From contig NVUL01000044.1 of assembly GCA_002401885.1 (NCBI GenBank), positions 7,680 to 71,679 on the forward strand: 64,000 bases of DNA, given 5' to 3'. Below, one piece after another: positions 44,593-52,484 of this stretch (within the stretch, counting starts at the first letter, position 1; the number at the start of each line of letters is the position of its first letter). The translations under genes and the position numbers were made by a program. This DNA is from SAR86 cluster bacterium. Its GTDB lineage: Bacteria; Pseudomonadota; Gammaproteobacteria; Pseudomonadales; Pseudohongiellaceae. The notes beneath the pieces are model-generated. The model searched no databases and was not told where the DNA came from. It was given only the letters and a program-made list of their open reading frames with translations.

Positions 44593-45923
44593 TGCCCGCC
44601 TCCTGACCCTGCTACAGTTCTCTGCTCGCGCTCAGCCTGCTCAGCAAGCATCTTCTCGTAGCCTTCGTCGTCCAGGTGAGTGACCGCAATCCAAGCGTGT
44701 GACATCTCATCTGTAGTTCTCTGACCTGCACCAACCCACTGATCCGGATCCGGGTTGCGCGGATTGGCCGCAGTGTTGTCGAACCATGAAGTTAGGATGA
44801 TAGTCGCGCCAGCCGGGATTAGTGGCTGGAAGCCATCTTCATAGGTATGGCTGTGGTTCCAGCCGGCATTCCAGTTAGAGGCTTGGCTGAGAACTTCGCG
44901 TCGACCAGTCTCAGGATCGAATATTTCCATGGACATCGCTACGCCACGTAGGTGTAGGTGCGGCTGCCAGCTATCGATGCGAACCGGGTGGTCAAAGGAA
45001 TGAAAACCCTGCGTCATTAGTTTGCCATGAGGAGGGATGAGGTAGTCGCCGCCACCATCAAGCATGTACAAGCGTAGGTCCTGAGGATAGGTTTCTGCTA
45101 CGTCAAAGTTATCTTCTTCATCGTAATACCAGATACCGACAGTTACCTGGTCATCAGGTACCGCATTGCCATCGGGGTAGTAGTGGATGCTCCAGCTTAC
45201 CTTGGAGTTTTCAGGCACAGTTCTACAGGCTCCTTCAGGAACTTTCTCACCGAGTTTGCCGTAGGCGTATTCGGACAGACGGCCAAATGTTTGCCATTCG
45301 CCGTTCTCATCTTGTGTTAGGAAGTGAGAGTTTGCGTGGTGTGTCGAGCCATGAGCGGCTGCCGAAGGCAGAGTCTCAACTGCCTTGATGCAGCGGCTCT
45401 CTGTAATTCCCGAAGGTACCTCTGGCTCCCACCACAGATCCTGACCGGCAGCTGGAACGTCCCAAGGAGTGGATTGGATGATATGGTCGGGTTGGCCTAG
45501 TTCATTGGCCAAGCGCCATTCGCCGACGGCGGGATATTCCCTTGCGGCAGGCAAATCTTCGAGATTGCCCATTGGAGAGCCTGCATCTACCCATGCGACT
45601 AACGTGTTGATGTCTTCATCAGACATGCGCCAGTCATCTTTAAGTTCTTGAATGCCAATATCATGATCGTATTGATAAGGAGGCATCTCGCGCTCTAACA
45701 CCTTCAATCGAATCAGAGGTGCCCACGGGCGGATCTCTTCATAGCTGGTGAAAGACATGGGGCCAATCTGACCTGGTTGGTGACAGATCTGGCAGTTGTC
45801 TTGGATGATTCTGGATACTTCTTTTGCGTATGTGGGGTGTTCACCCGCCGGCTCTGCGGCACTTGAAAGTGCTGGCACCATGGCTATGGCTGAAAACAGC
45901 CCGATTAGCTTAGTTTTTTTCAT
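44589..45923 (-). CDS. cytochrome c domain fused to a PHM/DBH-like type II copper monooxygenase domain
   Basis: GGAGAGGAG Shine-Dalgarno before the ATG at 45923, and signal MKKTKLIGLFSAIAMVPALSSA. CQICHQPG haem motif. The ligand pattern is HH (STHHANSHF), then H (SIHYYP), then HxH (QPHLHLRG), then M (TTDEMSHAW). Its spacing matches the CuH/CuM sites of peptidylglycine monooxygenase. Confidence 0.75.
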   Translation of the reverse strand: MKKTKLIGLFSAIAMVPALSSAAEPAGEHPTYAKEVSRIIQDNCQICHQPGQIGPMSFTSYEEIRPWAPLIRLKVLEREMPPYQYDHDIGIQELKDDWRMSDEDINTLVAWVDAGSPMGNLEDLPAAREYPAVGEWRLANELGQPDHIIQSTPWDVPAAGQDLWWEPEVPSGITESRCIKAVETLPSAAAHGSTHHANSHFLTQDENGEWQTFGRLSEYAYGKLGEKVPEGACRTVPENSKVSWSIHYYPDGNAVPDDQVTVGIWYYDEEDNFDVAETYPQDLRLYMLDGGGDYLIPPHGKLMTQGFHSFDHPVRIDSWQPHLHLRGVAMSMEIFDPETGRREVLSQASNWNAGWNHSHTYEDGFQPLIPAGATIILTSWFDNTAANPRNPDPDQWVGAGQRTTDEMSHAWIAVTHLDDEGYEKMLAEQAEREQRTVAGSGGGQ

Positions 45924-46531
45924 GCTCCTCTCCAATTAAAAACAAAGGGTATTGCTACTGTGCCGCCGTTACGCGGCTACTAGTAAGGTTCGTTTTGTAT
46001 TCGCTTGGTAAGTAGTGTATTTCGCTGGGCAGCGCTTTTATTGATCTAAATCAGGGTATTTCGAGGCGAAGCGTCTGGATTTGTAACATTGTTTTACAGT
46101 GAGGCTAGGGATCTGGGCTTTTCCTCGCAATGTACTGATTTTTGCTGCGCCAAGGGCTTGGTAAGCTACCGAAGTTAGGCGCTGTCGTGATCGGAAAATA
46201 TGAGCTTTTCGCTCGATGGCGCCATCGGTTTTTGGACAAACTATCCTCGGATAGCTGCTCGAATTCTCAATCCCTAATCGGGAGTTTCATGTCTTTGCCT
46301 AGAAACTATTTGTTCCACATCAACATACTTCTATCTATGTGATCAGTTGCGCTACCTTCAATTGACTTCTAATCGATAAAGCGTAGCTTGAATAACAGGA
46401 GAGTATTGTTGTCAGTACTGAATTCTTGCCGCTCGTATATCGATCATTCTATAACAAATCTCGATATCACTATTTGAAGCTTTTGCTTCTGTACAGAGAA
46501 TTAAAAACCTAATGAGAAGGGGAAGGAAATA

Positions 46532-47023
46532 ATGAAGTTCAACCTTAGGAAATTGTTTCTGGCTGCAAGTATGTGCTTGTTCTCGTTCGCAGCCTCGGCC
46601 CAGTCAGAAAATCCATTTATCGGAACGTGGGATCTTGACGCGCCAAATTCAGATTTCGGTAGCGCCCAAGTTCCAGGCGCTATGACTCGAACCTATATAG
46701 AGACGGGTGGCGGGGGATATATGTACCTGCTGGTAACTATTAGTCCAGAGGGCACCATCGGCGGCAGCTCGGCCAGCTATCGGTATGACGGCGCAAGTAA
46801 CTCTATTGCGACTATCGGCGGCGGCGGGCAGACAACCATCTCCTATTTTCAGGTTAATGGCAGGACTGTGGAATACACCATCAGAAACGCAGGCAGAACA
46901 TCTCAGATTGGCGCAAAAACACTCTCGCCTGACAGCAGGGTACTTACTATAGTAATTCAGAACATTAACTCAGAAGGCGGGAGCAGCAGCAGTCAAATTC
47001 TGCGCTTCAATCGTCGTACATGA
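46532..47023 (+). CDS. secreted hypothetical protein (lipocalin-like beta-barrel suspected)
   Basis: GGAAGGAAA Shine-Dalgarno and signal ...LFSFAASAQ. FIGTWDLD opens the mature protein, as in lipocalin-like DUF families. Confidence 0.65.
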   Translation: MKFNLRKLFLAASMCLFSFAASAQSENPFIGTWDLDAPNSDFGSAQVPGAMTRTYIETGGGGYMYLLVTISPEGTIGGSSASYRYDGASNSIATIGGGGQTTISYFQVNGRTVEYTIRNAGRTSQIGAKTLSPDSRVLTIVIQNINSEGGSSSSQILRFNRRT

Positions 47024-47072
47024 CCTAGAGCAATCTCACATCTCTTGCGCCTAAAGCCGGCGTGAGCAGTAA

Positions 47073-47121
47073 GGGCTCGAGTACTAATGCCGCAGGCATC
47101 TTTACTTGAGCCTTTCTTTTT
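47073..47121 (+). terminator. intrinsic terminator
   Basis: GGGCTCGAGTA...TACTTGAGCC long stem with an inner TGCC-GCA-GGCA hairpin, followed by TTTCTTTTT. Confidence 0.7.
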
Positions 47122-47386
47122 GTCGCTTCTAAAACTCGGATTTTGATTGATCTTGTTTTGCATATCCTGATCAGGCAGAAGGCGGCTCTGATCCTTGGCA
47201 ATACAGGTTTAGTAGATCCTGTTGTCTGGAATTCTCTTGGGCACTAAATAGGAATTTTGCAATTCCGGTATGTCACGAAATCTGAAGGCCCAGAGGCAGA
47301 TCTGCGGCGCCTAAAGCAGGCATTGGAAAAAGCCCTGAATTGGATATACTGTGCATCTTTTCTGCACATAATAAGGAGAATTCGCA

Positions 47387-47893
47387 ATGAGCAAGCCTAA
47401 AATCGCCGGGATCGTGGTCGGCTTAGTATTACTGGTCGTGGTGGTAGGTTGGGCGTCCACTGCGCCCTATCTTAGCAATTCGGGACTCGGCCGCACGCCG
47501 GGCGTAATGATTGGAGGGACTATTACTCCAGCCCTGAATGATTTCTCGCCGCTTAACGACAGCGTTCGCGGCCCTTTGAAGTTTAAGCTCAGCGGCTTCC
47601 CGCCATTCGTTAACTACCTGTCGTGGGTAGGCACGCCAGACGGAGTTATCACGGCTACTCGCCCGGACAACGGATACTGGGCTCGACGCGTCCGCTCAAG
47701 TGGTGGTGATGGATTGTTGCGCATAGGTGACCAGACTTTCGAGATGACGGCCACCGAGATTCACGGCGACGATCGTCTAGCTATGATGGGGCAGTGGGCT
47801 GCGAAGTCGGGCAGAACGCTTGATCAGCCAGCCTACCCAGGCTCCGAACCGCTTCGCGATTGGAAAGTGTTCTTCTGGACCCCTAGGTCTTAG
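47387..47893 (+). CDS. membrane-anchored hypothetical protein (paralog family of 17956..18489)
   Basis: AAGGAG Shine-Dalgarno, an N-terminal TM helix, and the shared motif set described for 17956..18489. Confidence 0.65.
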   Translation: MSKPKIAGIVVGLVLLVVVVGWASTAPYLSNSGLGRTPGVMIGGTITPALNDFSPLNDSVRGPLKFKLSGFPPFVNYLSWVGTPDGVITATRPDNGYWARRVRSSGGDGLLRIGDQTFEMTATEIHGDDRLAMMGQWAAKSGRTLDQPAYPGSEPLRDWKVFFWTPRS

Positions 47894-47987
47894 GATCACT
47901 AAATCCAGAATCCTGAAGATTCTGGAAGTCGGTGCTGCGGACGAGATTGGTCACATCCAAGAACTCGTCCGCAGCACTGACTCTATT

Positions 47988-48349
47988 TCAAGCTTCCAGC
48001 CACTCTACCGCTTCACTCTCTTCATTCAAGTTGAATGATTTCATCTCCAAGCCAGGAATGAGTTTCCCTTCGATCTCGGCCCAAGTTTGTATCCAGTCTT
48101 GAGCACAAACCACTGCAATTCGATCGATCTTTCGAACCATCCGAAATATTTTCGGCAGGTTTTTCAGCTCCACGCGATAGCTCCCATCGTGGGTATTTCT
48201 AATTCGCCGATTCGGTATAATGAAACTCCGTGATCCATATCCTCAACTGCTGGAAATATCTCATCCAGTATTTTTGTCATCTGCGCACTATCGAGTGCGC
48301 CACCAAATTCTACATCTACTCGATTGCTGCTTACCTTGGCGATGTTTAT
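47988..48349 (-). pseudogene. STAS/SEC14-like (DUF3478-type) gene, frameshifted and lacking a canonical start
   Basis: The C-terminal ORF (47988..48173) reads ELKNLPKIFRMVRKIDRIAVVCAQDWIQTWAEIEGKLIPGLEMKSFNLNEESEAVEWLEA. The upstream part is in another frame (INIAKVSSNRVDVEFGGALDSAQMTKILDEIFPAVEDMDHGVSLYRIGELEIPTMGAIAWS*, stop at 48164..48166). The two join into one family-like protein only if 1 nt is added near 48170. The first codons are ATA/ATC, with no ATG, GTG or TTG. Confidence 0.5.
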
Positions 48350-48484
48350 CCTAGCTGCGCTCCGTGATTGACAGCTAAATCCATTCTATCTGTAGGAGTC
48401 TGTTTTTCGATTGAGGTGTATCAATCAGGAGTAAATGGGAGTCAGGGTAGTTAGGAGCAGAGCAACAATTCAGTAAGATCGAAC

Positions 48485-48919
48485 TTATTTCGCAAACAAC
48501 TGTGTTTCGATATCTTTAAACGCCTTGAACTCGAGAGCATTCCCCGAAGGGTCGGTAAAAAACATAGTGCCCTGTTCGCCGGGCTCGCCTTTGAAGCGAA
48601 CATAGGGCTCGATGATGAACCCATCGATAAATTCAGTCACTGTATTCGCTAGCGCCTCCCAGTCCTCGAAATTGAGTACCACACCAAAATGCGGGACGGG
48701 CACGCCGTGTCCGTCTACGCCATTGGCAATGTTAGGAACCTTGCCGGATTTTCCGATGGCAGGGTTGAGATGAGTGACTAGCTGATGTCCGAATAGATTG
48801 AAATCGATCCATTCCTTGGCACTGCGGCCTTCGGGCAGACCCATTTGCACGCCATAAAAATCCCTAGCCTCATCGATGTCGCGTACCTGAATAGCTAGGT
48901 GGAAAGGGGTGAGTGGCAT
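48485..48919 (-). CDS. VOC family protein (glyoxalase/dioxygenase fold)
   Basis: MPLTPFHLAIQVRDIDEARDFYGVQMGL... and the C-terminal FFTDPSGNALEFKAF. ATG at 48919. Confidence 0.85.
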   Translation of the reverse strand: MPLTPFHLAIQVRDIDEARDFYGVQMGLPEGRSAKEWIDFNLFGHQLVTHLNPAIGKSGKVPNIANGVDGHGVPVPHFGVVLNFEDWEALANTVTEFIDGFIIEPYVRFKGEPGEQGTMFFTDPSGNALEFKAFKDIETQLFAK

Positions 48920-48962
48920 AGTGTCTCCATAAATAGATTGGGAAAGGGTTATCAGGGTCAAA

Positions 48963-48982
48963 GCCAAAATACAGCAGTTTCA
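48963..48982. repeat. left arm of a 20-bp inverted repeat (19/20 match; 17 bp perfect)
   Basis: GCCAAAATACAGCAGTTTCA. The reverse complement of the right arm is GCAAAAATACAGCAGTTTCA. Confidence 0.9.
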
Positions 48983-49117
48983 GGGTGGGGAAAAGAGTGG
49001 GCTTCCTGCCTAGGCTATATTGCCAAGAACAGTGCGAGAACATTGCCAGAATCAACAGGATTGTGGCGAAATCGAGGTGAGTGATCAACGATGCTCCAAT
49101 TTTATCGAGCTGTATGT

Positions 49118-49137
49118 TGAAACTGCTGTATTTTTGC
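49118..49137. repeat. right arm of the 20-bp inverted repeat
   Basis: TGAAACTGCTGTATTTTTGC, 53 nt before the ATG of the PQQ gene at 49190. The left arm lies 44 nt before the ATG of the divergent VOC gene. Confidence 0.9.
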
Positions 49138-49189
49138 CTCGACCCCGTTTACTTTACGTACGATTCACAAAGTATCTGGAGAGTCCTGA

Positions 49190-51130
49190 ATGATAATAAT
49201 AAAACGACTAATTTCACCGCTTATAACTGTGGGTGCGCTTGTCTGCGCTCCTTTGGTTCTGAGTCAAACCGGCACCAGCGTGGACCAGGGGGACTGGCCG
49301 TACTATCACGGCAGTGAGACTTCTCTGCGCTATTCACCTTTGGATCAAATAAACGCTGAGAACGTCGCTGATCTAGAGATCGCCTGGCGCTTCTCCACGG
49401 AGAACTTTGGCCCCTCTGCAGATTTCGTCAATCCATCCACACCGCTAGAAGTTGATGGCGTTTTGTACGCGAATATCGCTAGCACCCGAAACGTGGTGGC
49501 ACTGGATGCCACGACGGGTCAGGTGCTGTGGTTGTGGAGATCTCAGGAAGGCGATCGATTCGACCATGCGCCCCGCAAAGGCTCTGGCCGAGGAGTTGCC
49601 TTCTGGAGCGATGGTGACAATTCGCGAGTAATAGATGTCACGCCTGGATATCAGCTGGTGTCACTGGATGCTGAGACCGGCATTCCTGATCCGACTTTTG
49701 GTGAGAACGGCATCGTGGATTTGTATTTGGGTTTACGCAACGCTGACGATCCACGTTATCCCTATCCAGATATTGGCCTCTCCGCACCACCCTTAGTCAT
49801 GAATGACGTCATCGTGGTCGGGGCTGCGCACAGAACGGGTGGTCGACCGCGCTCCAAGTTCAATACCAAAGGCGACATACGCGGCTTTGATGTCCACACC
49901 GGCGAGCTGCTGTGGACCTTTCATACCATTCCTGAGCTGGGCGAAGTTGGCTTTGAAACCTGGCTCGATGAAGGGGTCGAGTTTACTGGCAATTCAGGTG
50001 TATGGGCCCCCATATCCGGCGATTCGGAATTGGGTATTGTCTACTTGCCAGTGGAAGACCCCACGGGCGACTACTATGGAGGAGATCGACCGGGCGCCAA
50101 CCTGTTTTCTAGTGGCTTGGTGGCGCTTGATGTCAAAACCGGTGAGCGTAAATGGCACTATCAGTTTATCCACCACGACATCTGGGACTGGGATGTACCC
50201 TCTGCGCCGCTGATTACCGATTTACCTAACGGTCGCAAGGTGGTCATGTCTGTCACCAAACAGTCTTGGGTCTACGCCTTCGACAGAGTGACCGGCGAGC
50301 CCATCTGGCCAATTGTAGAGCAAGCGGTTCCTGCAGGTGACGTGCCCGGAGAATGGTATGCTCCGACACAACCTTTCCCGACTCATCCAGCTCCATTCGA
50401 CCGACAGGGATTCGGCGAAGATGATTTGATCGATTTTACGCCGGAGCTTCGTGCTATGGCGTTGGAAGCAATCAAAGACTTTCGTCTTAGCCCAACTATA
50501 TTTACGCCGCCATCTCTAGCCGATGCGCCGGACGGTACGCGGGGTCTGCTTAGCTTGCCTTCTTCCACTGGTGGTTCCAACTGGGAGGGCTCTGCTCTCG
50601 ATCCAGAGACAGGGATTCTGTACGTACCATCAAGGACTCAGCTGCAGGTATTGGCATTGGCTAAGAACGAGGAATCTGACATCGATCTCAGCCAAGGCTT
50701 CGGTGTCCGCGTTCCCAGGATCCAAGGACTGGATGTTGTGAAGCCTCCCTATGGCCGCATCACTGCGATCGACATGAACTCCGGCGACCACTTATGGATG
50801 ATAGCCAATGCGGACACACCAGATCGCATAAAGAACCATGCGTTGTTGGAGGGTGTTGATCTGCCGCGCACAGGCGTGCCGACGCGGTCAGGTATCTTTG
50901 TGACTAAGAGCTTGTTGTTCCAGGCTGAGGGTACCGGAGCGGCTGGCGCTAGTCCGATCTTCCGGGCCATCAACAAGGAAACTGGCGAGATTGTTGCCGA
51001 GATTGACTTGCCGTTTAATCAGACGGGCTTGCCGTTTACCTACGAGCATGAAGGGAAGCAATACGTGGCGATGTTCATGGGCGGCGCAGGAAATCCCGCG
51101 GAGTTGGTTGCTTTCGCCTTGCCGGACTAA
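49190..51130 (+). CDS. soluble PQQ-dependent dehydrogenase, paralog 4
   Basis: Signal ...CAPLVLSQ. Conserved box RKWHYQFIHHDIWDWDVPSAP, plus TKQSWVYAFDRVTGEPIWP. Confidence 0.9.
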   Translation: MIIIKRLISPLITVGALVCAPLVLSQTGTSVDQGDWPYYHGSETSLRYSPLDQINAENVADLEIAWRFSTENFGPSADFVNPSTPLEVDGVLYANIASTRNVVALDATTGQVLWLWRSQEGDRFDHAPRKGSGRGVAFWSDGDNSRVIDVTPGYQLVSLDAETGIPDPTFGENGIVDLYLGLRNADDPRYPYPDIGLSAPPLVMNDVIVVGAAHRTGGRPRSKFNTKGDIRGFDVHTGELLWTFHTIPELGEVGFETWLDEGVEFTGNSGVWAPISGDSELGIVYLPVEDPTGDYYGGDRPGANLFSSGLVALDVKTGERKWHYQFIHHDIWDWDVPSAPLITDLPNGRKVVMSVTKQSWVYAFDRVTGEPIWPIVEQAVPAGDVPGEWYAPTQPFPTHPAPFDRQGFGEDDLIDFTPELRAMALEAIKDFRLSPTIFTPPSLADAPDGTRGLLSLPSSTGGSNWEGSALDPETGILYVPSRTQLQVLALAKNEESDIDLSQGFGVRVPRIQGLDVVKPPYGRITAIDMNSGDHLWMIANADTPDRIKNHALLEGVDLPRTGVPTRSGIFVTKSLLFQAEGTGAAGASPIFRAINKETGEIVAEIDLPFNQTGLPFTYEHEGKQYVAMFMGGAGNPAELVAFALPD

Positions 51131-51336
51131 TTTAGATAGTTAGCGAAAATACTCGCAGCCTGAGCTGCTGTTAGGAAAGGAAGTATTGCGAAGCCTAGGC
51201 CGGTTTCACATTGCTTCCTTTTGTTATTCTGGCTTTCGGGAAAACACTACATCTCTACTCTGAGCCCAATAACTCGTAGGCGTCTGGTAGACTGCATGAC
51301 GATGTCCCTAATTATCCTGTCTCCAAGGTCTGGCCA

Positions 51337-52473
51337 ATGATGCAGGCAATTCTCTCCTGTGCCGTCGTTGCAGTGCTGGTCGTCTCGTTAGCGCTGGTAT
51401 GGCGGTGGGGAAATCTCATCCTAACGGGACAAATGCCAGTTCGCTTCTTTGCATTCTTCTCAATTTTATTTACCTCCGGTCTAGATGTTGGCTTGATCAT
51501 GTTCCCGCTGACAGAATTTCCAATCTATGAGACTGAAGCGGCTTATGGCTTTACTAATCCTCTCGCTATCGAATTCGGTTTTTGGGGATTCCTGATCTGG
51601 GTTTTCTATTTCTTGACGACATGCTATTTCTGCATCATTGAGCCACGCGTGAAAATTTTTGAGATACCGTGGGTGAAGCTGGTCAACAACATTATTATTA
51701 TTGCCACCTGTGCGTTTACTGGCTTCTTGTTTTTGCAATATTTACCCAGCTATGTGGAAGGCATCACACCGTTTTTTCGGTTTTCGCTAGTTGCGCTCGT
51801 GGTACTCGTAGCTGTTTTTTCCAGTACCGATATCCGCTATGTGAAGATCCTAAGTCTATCCTCTACATGGCTGTTCTTTGCGCTAATTGCAGTGATGTGG
51901 GCGTTTGGAGGATTGGGCTTAAGCGGCCTGGCCACAAATCTTTTTCAGATCGGCGATTACTTCGCGAATATTCATCGTTTCGTTCTGCCTTTCTCCGATT
52001 ATCACGCGTTCTATCTGTTCTGGTGGTTCGCCTGGAGTATCATGATTGGGCAGTTCGTATCGCGCTTCGTCGACGGGCTGCGAACTTGGCAACTACTGCT
52101 CGCGCTCTTGTTGATTCCATCCATACCAATCTCACTATGGTTTTCGGTATTGTTTGGGGTCTATGAACAGGGTTTGGATATTTCGGGTTTCATGAATGGC
52201 TTCATGGTGTTGGTGGGCGTCATTTTCGTTGTGAATTCCCTAGACTCATTGACGAGACTGTATACCGATAATCTCCAGCTAACGGTCGATAGACTCGGCA
52301 AATTAAAATACATCGGCGCGAATTGGCTTTTGTTATACAGCCTTATTCTATTTTACCAATTTACACCTTTGCAGATAGAGTGGATCGGTTTAGTAGTCAT
52401 AGGTCTCTATATTGCCATCACGGTGTTGGTCATTCTTCGCAGACAGATGCTGGTCATTCCAGTGAACGAGTAA
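51337..52473 (+). CDS. short BCCT-family-like transporter
   Basis: About 10 TM helices. [14 protein letters not shown] resembles the BCCT lFaAGmGiGLmFw segment. [21 protein letters not shown] resembles the BCCT Trp-box signature ([21 protein letters not shown]). At 378 aa it is well below the usual ~500+ aa. Confidence 0.65.
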   Translation: MMQAILSCAVVAVLVVSLALVWRWGNLILTGQMPVRFFAFFSILFTSGLDVGLIMFPLTEFPIYETEAAYGFTNPLAIEFGFWGFLIWVFYFLTTCYFCIIEPRVKIFEIPWVKLVNNIIIIATCAFTGFLFLQYLPSYVEGITPFFRFSLVALVVLVAVFSSTDIRYVKILSLSSTWLFFALIAVMWAFGGLGLSGLATNLFQIGDYFANIHRFVLPFSDYHAFYLFWWFAWSIMIGQFVSRFVDGLRTWQLLLALLLIPSIPISLWFSVLFGVYEQGLDISGFMNGFMVLVGVIFVVNSLDSLTRLYTDNLQLTVDRLGKLKYIGANWLLLYSLILFYQFTPLQIEWIGLVVIGLYIAITVLVILRRQMLVIPVNE

Positions 52474-52484
52474 CGCAAAATAGT

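Noticed and set aside
47048-47310. Repeated 11-mer GCGCCTAAAGC twice in one intergenic region
   Set aside because: It is short, with only about 1-2% significance for the spacer. There is no associated structure or gene logic, so I treat it as chance.
49112-49137. Reading the inverted-repeat arm as a sigma-54 (TGGCAC-N5-TTGC) or sigma-70 (TTGAAA...TATTTT) promoter
   Set aside because: TGAAAC and TTGC are 10 nt apart rather than 5, and the GG is missing. TTGAAA and TATTTT are only 6 nt apart rather than about 17. Neither reading fits.
51669-52166. 165-aa alternative-frame ORF within the BCCT-like gene
   Set aside because: It is a same-strand overlapping frame with Cys/Arg-rich nonsense composition, whereas the transporter frame shows regular TM helices and BCCT-like motifs.
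52323-52484. N-terminal extension of the GMC oxidoreductase ORF
   Set aside because: The extension overlaps the transporter gene. The canonical GMC N-terminus, [15 protein letters not shown], begins at 52485.
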